A stretch of DNA of 26,933 nucleotides from positions 1-26,933 of the IMG/VR virus record IMGVR_UViG_3300026546_000016; one strand, 5' to 3'. Both the position numbers and the translations under genes were made by a program. Shown piece after piece: positions 1 through 6,943 of this stretch; position 1 is the stretch's first letter; each line of letters begins with the position of its first letter. The notes under the pieces are model-generated. The model saw only the letters and a list, made by a program, of their open reading frames with translations. It was not told the origin of the DNA and did not search any database. The stretch is from a virus (lineage: Duplodnaviria > Caudoviricetes).

Positions 1-129
1 AGATTAAGGTTAGTTGAAGGAACTACTGCTAGAATAGATGAAAGAACCAAACAAGCTAATAGACAAATTCAAAATATAGACAAAAAAGTTGATGCTATCC
101 TAACTAAATGGAAGCGTCACAGACGTTAG
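1..129 (+). CDS. 3' end of a gene truncated by the window edge; coiled-coil C-terminus (…RLRLVEGTTARIDERTKQANRQIQNIDKKVDAILTKWKRHRR*)
   Basis: Frame 1 is open from base 1 to TAG at 127-129. It has a heptad-like pattern and a basic tail. Not in the supplied ORF track because it lacks a start. Confidence 0.6.
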   Translation, partial: RLRLVEGTTARIDERTKQANRQIQNIDKKVDAILTKWKRHRR

Positions 130-143
130 AAAAGGGTATAAAA

Positions 144-404
144 ATGGATACAAAATACAATTCTAAACAATATCACAAGATGACTGAAGAAATTAAAAAT
201 GCTGTACATAAAATGGCTATGTATGGGTTTGTATTTTATTTAGTTATGTTGGCAGTTGCAACTATAGCAGTATGGTTTACAAATTCTGTTGTTGTCATTG
301 TTTTAATTGGGGTTGTTAGTTTGGTTACAAATGTGGTAGTTGACCAACAGGCTCAAAGAATTAGAAGATATTATGAAGCAAAGTACCAAAGAGAGTCAAA
401 TTAA
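144..404 (+). CDS. Small membrane protein with two predicted TM helices (holin-like topology, function unproven)
   Basis: Likely start is ATG 144 after AAGGG; the track start at 108 overlaps the upstream gene. Two hydrophobic stretches (YGFVFYLVMLAVATIAVWF; VVVIVLIGVVSLVTNVVV) precede a charged C-terminus. Confidence 0.65.
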   Translation: MDTKYNSKQYHKMTEEIKNAVHKMAMYGFVFYLVMLAVATIAVWFTNSVVVIVLIGVVSLVTNVVVDQQAQRIRRYYEAKYQRESN

Positions 405-410
405 ACAGGT

Positions 411-602
411 TCAATTAAATTCCCTCCACAAAATCCTAGCTAAATTCTCCAAATTCTCTGCTTGAACAACTTCTAAACCAGTGAACCCTAGCTCCTCTGC
501 TATCGTCAGTAAAGGTATATCAGAGGTTACACTTAAATACCATAGAAAATCTTTATTGGAATCGTCAATTTGTTTATCGAGTAACTTAATTAATTCTTTC
601 AT
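411..602 (-). CDS. Hypothetical protein (63 aa)
   Basis: ATG at 602 preceded by AGGTG (SD-like). It fills the gap between the flanking + strand genes exactly. Confidence 0.6.
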   Translation of the reverse strand: MKELIKLLDKQIDDSNKDFLWYLSVTSDIPLLTIAEELGFTGLEVVQAENLENLARILWREFN

Positions 603-624
603 CTTTAACACCTACGAGGATATT

Positions 625-951
625 ATGAAAATTAACGAAATCGAAGAAAATATACCTACAGTACCAGAAGCTCGCAAGATGTATGCCCAATTCTCAGAGA
701 AAACCAAATGGAACAATATAGTTAAAGCAATTAGTTCGTTTCAACACGCTGTAGAAAACACTGGAGGAGTAGAAGGAAAAGGGGAGGAGTATATTGTAGA
801 GTTAGCTTGGTTAAGTTGGGCTGAATTTCATGCTATTGAGAAGCAGTTGAAGGAATTATTGCGTAAAAAAGGTTGGTATATATTGTCAAGAAATGCTAAG
901 AACCCTAGTATTAGAGTATGTCCATTAGAAAATAGCAATTATGGGTACTAA
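625..951 (+). CDS. Hypothetical protein (108 aa, MKINEIEENIPTV…)
   Basis: GAGGA SD at 616-620 precedes ATG 625. The track start at 481 would overlap the minus-strand gene. Confidence 0.7.
   Translation: MKINEIEENIPTVPEARKMYAQFSEKTKWNNIVKAISSFQHAVENTGGVEGKGEEYIVELAWLSWAEFHAIEKQLKELLRKKGWYILSRNAKNPSIRVCPLENSNYGY
673..688 (-). promoter_or_regulatory. Candidate sigma-54 promoter inside the 625-951 gene, facing the 411-602 gene
   Basis: Minus strand reads GGGCAT-ACATC-TTGCG (GG-N10-GC). Predicted TSS is ~60 nt before ATG 602. Confidence 0.4.
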
Positions 952-1547
952 AAAAGGATAGATCCTATAAAACATTCTTTTCTGAGACTCTCATTGGATT
1001 CTTCAGGGACTTTAGAGAATCTTGGAGCAACTAACTCATATCCATGATCCTCTACATGAACCAAGAAATAGTGAGTTAATACAACCGTATCAGATTGAAG
1101 CATCATTAAAGATTTGCTTTTTAGGTTCAGAACTATCTTTTCTCCATATACCTCTCCAAAAAACGTATTGTCTATCTTGTATTCAATATAAACAGGCTGT
1201 AGTAACTTCTCCCCATCTTTAGTAATTGTAAGGAAATCCATACCATTTTCATTATGATGTTTTTCAACAGTATATCCATTACAATGATATTGCTCTTTTA
1301 CTTCTTTGCTAAATGGTACATTCTCCATCTGTTGTATAGCAGAAGAAATTGCATCAAAATCTAATGGAAGATCTGTTAAACAGTTTTCATGAAGAAATTG
1401 CTCTACCAACTGCTGTAATTTGGAGTTGTCTTTTGCATCTTTTCCTATGTTCAATTCTGGAACAGTTGTAAGCCATTCAGTAAATGCCAAGATTGCTTCG
1501 TGGGTTGATGGTTTGCTTTGTCTTAATTCTAATCTCATGCTGTTCAT
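948..1547 (-). CDS. Hypothetical protein (199 aa)
   Basis: Long ORF with AGGAG SD. It converges on the 625-951 gene with a 4-bp overlap. Confidence 0.8.
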   Translation of the reverse strand: MNSMRLELRQSKPSTHEAILAFTEWLTTVPELNIGKDAKDNSKLQQLVEQFLHENCLTDLPLDFDAISSAIQQMENVPFSKEVKEQYHCNGYTVEKHHNENGMDFLTITKDGEKLLQPVYIEYKIDNTFFGEVYGEKIVLNLKSKSLMMLQSDTVVLTHYFLVHVEDHGYELVAPRFSKVPEESNESLRKECFIGSILF

Positions 1548-1599
1548 TATATTTCTCCTATATTAAAAATAAACAAAAATGATTCTAGGACAATACAGT

Positions 1600-1615
1600 A
1601 GCAAGAGATATACCA
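1600..1615 (-). promoter_or_regulatory. Sigma-54 (-24/-12) promoter for the 948-1547 gene
   Basis: Minus strand reads TGGTAT-ATCTC-TTGCT; intergenic and correctly oriented. It shares CTCTTGCTA with the 4151 and 6881 copies. Confidence 0.7.
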
Positions 1616-1702
1616 ATAAATGCTGTAAAATGAATAGAACCTTTATATACTATAGTCGTCTAATATATATACTATTGTCCATATTATACAGGAGAAAATC
1701 TA

Positions 1703-1921
1703 ATGGATATATCTAAAGTAGTGTCTAAGATTACCAAAGAACACAAAGAATTGAATGACAAAATTGTAAAACTAGAAGAGTTCTTGGAGTCAGATAGGGT
1801 TTCGGTTGTTTCTGAAGACAATCTATGTTTGTTACAACTTCAACTCTCTTACATGAATGGATATTCTAAAACATTGATGTCCAGAATTAGTAATTTAAAG
1901 GAATCTACCTCTGCTAAGTAG
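1703..1921 (+). CDS. Small helical-hairpin phage protein resembling the crAss001_48-like family
   Basis: Pattern E..EL..KI.KL..F…LL..QL..M..Y...L..RI recognised by eye; AGGAG SD upstream. Confidence 0.65.
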   Translation: MDISKVVSKITKEHKELNDKIVKLEEFLESDRVSVVSEDNLCLLQLQLSYMNGYSKTLMSRISNLKESTSAK

Positions 1922-1922
1922 C

Positions 1923-2438
1923 TTACTCCACTAAGATGTTAAGCCAATCATACTGTAAATCCCCTATATTTCCATCAATGAATGCTCTTCCAGAGGATAT
2001 AAAATCCAAGCATTTTTGAAATTGGAGATCTCTTCCATAGTCTAAATAAGGTAACTCATACCAATACTCTGCCAAGAATACTGCTACTTCATCTAAGCCT
2101 TGTAGTAATTTTTCCCAGAAAAGGAACATGGATTTACAGGAGGTTTGCCTTACGAAATCTAAAGAAGCATATAAAATACTTGCTTCTCTTAAATTCTCTC
2201 GTATTTCCTCAATAGTCCCGAAGAAAACAGGGTAACTTGGGTCTCCAAGATGTTCTTTTGACTGTTCATATTTGGGTAGTAAGATGTTTGTTAAGTATTC
2301 TGACATTCTATGATTGAGAGCTAATCTATCTGGATCTGTGCAATCATCTGGAAAACTACTTAATATGGATTCTTCCTGAATCATCTCTATCATAGGGTGT
2401 TTGGTTCTTGTGGTTTGATTTGCCTTTTTGATACACAT
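1923..2438 (-). CDS. Hypothetical protein (171 aa)
   Basis: ATG 2438 with AAGGAG SD. Its stop lies 1 bp from the stop of the convergent 1703-1921 gene. Confidence 0.8.
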   Translation of the reverse strand: MCIKKANQTTRTKHPMIEMIQEESILSSFPDDCTDPDRLALNHRMSEYLTNILLPKYEQSKEHLGDPSYPVFFGTIEEIRENLREASILYASLDFVRQTSCKSMFLFWEKLLQGLDEVAVFLAEYWYELPYLDYGRDLQFQKCLDFISSGRAFIDGNIGDLQYDWLNILVE

Positions 2439-2507
2439 AATGTACTCCTTGATTGTGAAGAGTTTCTATATACCTATTTGTTAAGGATTTCAGGCACATA
2501 GACTAGG

Positions 2508-2597
2508 TGGAATGGCTTACGCCATCCAGTACTTTAAAGGGGGTTTAGTGAGATTGTAAATGAACCCTTTCTAAGGAGATATATCTGGATACCTCCT
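2508..2597 (-). other. Three consecutive hairpins in an intercistronic region (candidate structured RNA)
   Basis: Minus strand: AGGAG…CTCCT (2574-2597), AAAGGG…CCCTTT (2536-2570), and TGGATGGC-GTAA-GCCATTCCA (2508-2528, GNRA loop). Confidence 0.5.
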
Positions 2598-2631
2598 ATG
2601 TTTATTGGATTTTCTTAGTGATTCTGGAGGG

Positions 2632-2787
2632 TTACTTCATTTCAGCTTCTTCTTGGAGGTCTTCCATGATGTCAATGCAGGGGGCTACATCTCCGATGAA
2701 CTCCATCCATGCTCTCTCCTGCTCGAAGGTGGCTACTAGGTCTTGGAGGTGTTTTTCTTGGTCTGTCATGTTTTCTGAGTATCTCAT
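2632..2787 (-). CDS. Small acidic hypothetical protein (51 aa, MRYSENMTDQEKHLQDL…)
   Basis: ATG 2787 with AAGGA SD, downstream of the sigma-54 motif at 2847-2862 and a C-UUCG-G leader hairpin. The track start at 2877 lies upstream of that promoter. Confidence 0.65.
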   Translation of the reverse strand: MRYSENMTDQEKHLQDLVATFEQERAWMEFIGDVAPCIDIMEDLQEEAEMK

Positions 2788-2846
2788 TTTTTCTGTCCTT
2801 TTTCTAAGGGGTTTTTGGTTTCTGTCCGAAGACGAGCAGAACACTA

Positions 2847-2862
2847 TGCACTCTATATGCCA
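2847..2862 (-). promoter_or_regulatory. Sigma-54 (-24/-12) promoter for the leftward genes
   Basis: Minus strand reads TGGCAT-ATAGA-GTGCA (GG-N10-GC). The predicted TSS falls just before a GTC-TTCG-GAC hairpin. Confidence 0.6.
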
Positions 2863-3152
2863 ACTACATAAAAACAAAGCTTCACTGGGAGAGTAAGGGA
2901 AACTATATTATATAGAATACATCTGCTATCTAAATACATTACTCTTTCAGATTTCTGACATCAGTTTTTTGAAATCCTCAGTTTTTTGATGGTTAATTGA
3001 TTCTGTCATTAGAGTATCTATTATATAGAGGCACTTCTATTAGGACATCAATATGACAATGAAGCAACAGGTGGGTATCTTAGCATATCTAGTCGATGTA
3101 CCTGTCCAATCTCTTTACCTATTTACTTGTGTCCTGTCTATTCAAGTAAAAG

Positions 3153-3205
3153 TCTAGGATTCTGGATTATTCTAGGATACTGGAAAATATGTCTAGGATA
3201 CTGGA
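3153..3205 (+). repeat. Three direct copies of TCTAGGATWCTGGA
   Basis: Copies at 3153-3166, 3171-3184 and 3192-3205, with one mismatch in total. Confidence 0.9.
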
Positions 3206-3466
3206 CTCTTCATAGAAGAACGATATTTAAACCACTTGACATAATAGATTAGAACAGCTTTTCCTATTTAATGTATAGAATCTCCATTTTCAGATTCAGA
3301 AGAGCTATTGAAAGAAAACAGGGCTTCATAAATAGATTCTAAGAGCTTTTTTTGACTTCACCTATACAAACATATAGACCAGCCATTAATTCCTCTGTAT
3401 GTCCTTTTTTAGTGCCTTATTTCAAAGGATACCTGTTTTGGTGGATATTTTCTGCCTGCTTCTACT

Positions 3467-3895
3467 ATATTCTCCAGCCATATCTTGAAGGTTACAGAAG
3501 TGGTTACAAAAAATGTAACAGTTACAAAAAAGTTACAGTCAATGTAACCAAGAAAACTTAATAGAAATAGATACTTAAAGTATAAAGTTACAAGTTACAT
3601 TAAAATAGGTTAATATATAGAGAAGTAATACATAGAATAACAGTAGTAGTATTAGCGTATGGAAATAGGTATATATAAGAGAGATTGATGTAACCTTGTA
3701 ATTCTGTAACTTCTACTTCTAAGTGTCTGTTCTATAAAAGCTATTTCAGTTACACTAAAAATGTAACCTTGTTTTCATTTTGTTACCTATTATTGTAACC
3801 AGCTACACTAGCCTGTTTTCATTGGAGAAAAAGTAGTTACAAGGAAAATTACAAAAATGTAACCTAGTAGATGTAAAAAATGTAACCAGTATTAA
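3467..3895 (+). repeat. GTTAC/GTAAC iteron array with an AT-rich core, copy A (candidate replication origin)
   Basis: About 17 GTWAC motifs in both orientations flank a motif-free AT-rich spacer (~3600-3688). Homologous to the reverse complement of 20703-21108. The repeat is directly seen; the origin role is inferred. Confidence 0.85.
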
Positions 3896-3966
3896 AAAAT
3901 GAAATCCATCGTTCATCTATTAAATAGAGAGATATTAAAAAAAGTAAAAAAAAGTTGTAAAAAAGG

Positions 3967-3995
3967 TTGACAAACAATTATGGAATACATATACT
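3967..3995 (+). promoter_or_regulatory. Sigma-70-type promoter with A-tract UP element
   Basis: TTGACA (3967-3972)-N17-TATACT (3990-3995), with A-tracts at 3937-3964. Confidence 0.75.
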
Positions 3996-4033
3996 GTGAA
4001 TGTTACATTAGTGTTAAGAGTCATAAACAAATG

Positions 4034-4077
4034 AAAAGACCCTGCCAGTGAGATAGTCATTGAGCAGGGTTTCTTTT
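4034..4077 (+). terminator. Intrinsic-terminator-like hairpin
   Basis: ACCCTGC-CAGTGA-gatag-TCATTG-a-GCAGGGT followed by TTCTTTT. Confidence 0.6.
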
Positions 4078-4150
4078 ATGTCCATAGCACTTAATATCTT
4101 TGTCTCAAGAGAAAAACACTTTGGAGGCAATATGATATTACCCTAGCTTC

Positions 4151-4166
4151 TGGCACATCTCTTGCT
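4151..4166 (+). promoter_or_regulatory. Sigma-54 (-24/-12) promoter upstream of the primase-helicase
   Basis: TGGCAC-ATCTC-TTGCT is a perfect match to TGGCAC-N5-TTGCW. Confidence 0.85.
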
Positions 4167-4202
4167 AATGTATCTTTCTGAAACTTTTTTGAACCAAAGG
4201 GG

Positions 4203-4232
4203 TTGACAACAGGTATGTGTAAGTACTATAGT
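4203..4232 (+). promoter_or_regulatory. Possible sigma-70-type promoter for the primase-helicase
   Basis: TTGACA (4203-4208)-N18-TATAGT (4227-4232). Confidence 0.5.
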
Positions 4233-4288
4233 GACCCTTGTTATGGTTTTAATGTCAAATCCACTTAATTAATTGAAGGAGAAATCCC

Positions 4289-6868
4289 ATGTTTATGACC
4301 ATTTTTAACAATGTAACAGACCAACAAGGTAAAGTAGCTAATCCATCTTTCGACAAATTCTTTGAAATGCTAGAAGCTGAAGCAAAGAACACAACACCTA
4401 AAAAAGAATGCAGATTGTGGTCTCCAGCAGTATATGTAAATGGAAATAGAAGTAAGGGATCTGAATTAGAAGAGAAAACAAACGTAATTGGCTTGGATAT
4501 AGATGGTATATCGAAAGAAGAAATGGAGACAGTATTTAGGTTCTTAGCCCCATTCAAATATATTGCACATACAACAGCTACTCATGGGTTGAAACAGGTA
4601 AAAGCAAACGAAAAATGGAGAATCATACTTCCATTACAACATTTCGTTGGAGAAGCTAATTACCTCAAGATTACCAATTACATCAACAACAGTATTGGTA
4701 AAGTCTTAGACAAACAAACCCTTTCAGTTAAACGCTTATTCTTCTTCCCAACATCAGAAAATGGAAAACCAAGACTCTATAAAAGTGATGGTCAATTACT
4801 CTCATTGTCTTTTGTTGAAAAAGAGTTAATTGAAGACCCAGATGAATTTGTTACTGCTGATGTAGAATATGAAGTAGATGCTCCTGTAGTAGAAGATACA
4901 TTTGATGGAGATTTAACTGAAGATACAGTCGAAGCCGAAGTAAGACCTACAGTAGAAAATATAGTTGAATATATCTCCTTTTATGCAAAAGATGCTGGAG
5001 ATGGTGAACGTCATGAACAACTCATGAGATTGACCTTAATTTTAGCCAAACATAACCAAAAATATACTGACAACCAAGTATCTCAGATGTTTGAGCGACT
5101 CATTAAAGAAAACAATACAAATGGTGGAACAGACTCCATAGAAGAAGTAATCGAAAAGTACACTTCTGCTGTTAAGAAAATTAAACAAGGCGAATTAGAA
5201 GCAGAGCAATCTAAAGCTAGTGTATTTGTTACTCCAAAAGGTGAAGAAACAGAAGAACAAAAGGACAAGAGAAGGATTGAAGAAGCTCAACAACGCTATA
5301 TCCAAGACCTTGATAGAGAAAATAGACTTTCTGTACCTCCAAGACACATCTTTACTAAACAAGAAGCAGAAGAATTAGGTATTCCTCATCTTTTTATGGT
5401 AGTTCAACAAGGTAAATCTGTTCTAAAAGAGATGTGTATGTCAAATGAAGGTCAGTTGTACCCTGTAACTATTCCAAAATCATCCATTAAAGACAACCTC
5501 GAAACAGACTATTGGATTAAAAGAGGATATGACATATTTCAAGTAAAAAATGAGTTCAAGAAAGACTCAAAAGGTAAAAAGAAGTTAGTCAAAGTCGTAA
5601 GAAAAATGACTTCCAGCACTTTCTTTTCAGTTTATGTAGCTAAAAATGCCAACTTTGAGACCATGACAACTTTATTTCACAACAAAATTAATGTTGATGG
5701 AACTAGACTCTATTTACCATTAAAAGGTAGAGTATCTTATGAACCAAAACAACATGATGAAGTAAAAGAATTGATAGATCTTCTTGGAGGAAAGAACAAA
5801 ACTAGATTACGTAGATGGTTTGAACTCTTTGCTGACAATTCAATGAATCCCAAAGGACGTAGCACTTCTGGAGCATTAAGTGTTCTAGTTCTTATAGGTA
5901 AATCTGGAGTTGGAAAATCCTCGATCATTGACTTCTTGAGTGCTTATGTAAATCCTTCCAAAAGAAATACTTTAGATCTCATGGCAGGAACATTTACAGA
6001 TGCTTTAGAACAACAATTTGTAGTTGGTCAAGATGAAACTCAAACCGCACTTAGTTCCAATAAAGTACAAGGATTCATTCGACAATTAATTAGTGCAAAT
6101 GAACATACTCTAAATAAAAAGTTTGGTGGATTAACTTCTATTAAAGGGTATCTAAGAATTGTATTAGCTGGTAATGACTACGGTATTTTACCTTCCAATG
6201 GTATTGAAACTGATGATGCAAGAGATGGATCTGTCGTTCGATTCCTAATAAATCCACTAGATGAAGAAGACCAACAAAAGAAATTGAGAGTATTCTGGGA
6301 CAAAATTACAGAAGAAGGTAGATATGAGGAATTAAAACAACATTTCTGTGAACAATTAGAGTGGTGGAAACAAAATCCACAAATGCTTTCACCTAAAGAA
6401 GAACAACAAAAATATGGCATCAAAGACCTCAGATTTGGAGTATATTCTGCACCTGAAAAATACACTGAATTAGTTGCATCAGGAGCTTCTGGAAACATTT
6501 CTCAACAATACTTCTCTGATGCTGTTCAAAGTTGGTTAAAGAATCCAGAACTTTTATCCAGTATCTCTGAAGGTGATAGTCCTGATATTGCTATTATGAA
6601 GAATGATGAAATGTTCATAAGACCAACAGCATTAGAAACCTTCCTATATCAATTTAAAGACAAAGATGATTGCGACAAAAAACATATTACAAGAGCCACT
6701 CTTAAAAAAGTACTTAATACCTTCAAAGTAGGTGGAACTAAGGTAATTAAAAGCAACAACAAATCAGCTAGATATGCTAGAATCCCTAAGACCTCCATAT
6801 ATCTCTTGTTGAAAGATACAATGGATAGAGACGAAATTACAGAATTACTTAGTACATTCTCTGGTTAA
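4289..6868 (+). CDS. AEP-type primase (PrimPol) fused to a PriCT-like region and an SF3/DUF5906-like helicase
   Basis: N-terminal AEP motifs LWSPAVY, IGLDIDG, HTTATH, WRIILPL; PriCT-like GDGERHEQL; Walker A GKSGVGKSS, Walker B VVGQDE, and motif C RIVLAGN. GAAGGAG SD. Confidence 0.88.
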   Translation: MFMTIFNNVTDQQGKVANPSFDKFFEMLEAEAKNTTPKKECRLWSPAVYVNGNRSKGSELEEKTNVIGLDIDGISKEEMETVFRFLAPFKYIAHTTATHGLKQVKANEKWRIILPLQHFVGEANYLKITNYINNSIGKVLDKQTLSVKRLFFFPTSENGKPRLYKSDGQLLSLSFVEKELIEDPDEFVTADVEYEVDAPVVEDTFDGDLTEDTVEAEVRPTVENIVEYISFYAKDAGDGERHEQLMRLTLILAKHNQKYTDNQVSQMFERLIKENNTNGGTDSIEEVIEKYTSAVKKIKQGELEAEQSKASVFVTPKGEETEEQKDKRRIEEAQQRYIQDLDRENRLSVPPRHIFTKQEAEELGIPHLFMVVQQGKSVLKEMCMSNEGQLYPVTIPKSSIKDNLETDYWIKRGYDIFQVKNEFKKDSKGKKKLVKVVRKMTSSTFFSVYVAKNANFETMTTLFHNKINVDGTRLYLPLKGRVSYEPKQHDEVKELIDLLGGKNKTRLRRWFELFADNSMNPKGRSTSGALSVLVLIGKSGVGKSSIIDFLSAYVNPSKRNTLDLMAGTFTDALEQQFVVGQDETQTALSSNKVQGFIRQLISANEHTLNKKFGGLTSIKGYLRIVLAGNDYGILPSNGIETDDARDGSVVRFLINPLDEEDQQKKLRVFWDKITEEGRYEELKQHFCEQLEWWKQNPQMLSPKEEQQKYGIKDLRFGVYSAPEKYTELVASGASGNISQQYFSDAVQSWLKNPELLSSISEGDSPDIAIMKNDEMFIRPTALETFLYQFKDKDDCDKKHITRATLKKVLNTFKVGGTKVIKSNNKSARYARIPKTSIYLLLKDTMDRDEITELLSTFSG

Positions 6869-6880
6869 TCGTCATATTCT

Positions 6881-6896
6881 TGGCACACCTCTTGCT
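6881..6896 (+). promoter_or_regulatory. Sigma-54 (-24/-12) promoter upstream of the DNA polymerase
   Basis: TGGCAC-ACCTC-TTGCT in a 75-bp intergenic gap; 20/21 identical to 4151-4171. Confidence 0.85.
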
Positions 6897-6943
6897 AATG
6901 TGGGAGGGTGTCATTTTTCTTTTAACACCTTTGGAGGTAAACC

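Noticed and set aside
481-624. N-terminal extension of the 625-951 gene given in the ORF track
   Set aside because: It overlaps the minus-strand 411-602 gene, and the SD supports ATG 625.
2618-2896. 92-aa + strand ORF
   Set aside because: Shadow of the minus-strand 2632-2787 gene, which has an SD and a promoter.
3053-3157. 34-codon hydrophobic ORF (MTMKQQVGILAYLV…) with a weak AGGA
   Set aside because: Short, with no clear promoter, and overlapping the inverted and direct repeats; insufficient support.
3352-3561. 69-aa + strand ORF
   Set aside because: TTG start without an SD; it runs into the iteron array, whose motifs dictate its translation.
3467-3895. Iteron arrays (here and 20703-21108) as CRISPR arrays or transposon ends
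   Set aside because: The motif is only 5-7 bp, in mixed orientation with irregular spacing. No cas, transposase or recombinase gene and no target-site duplication are visible.
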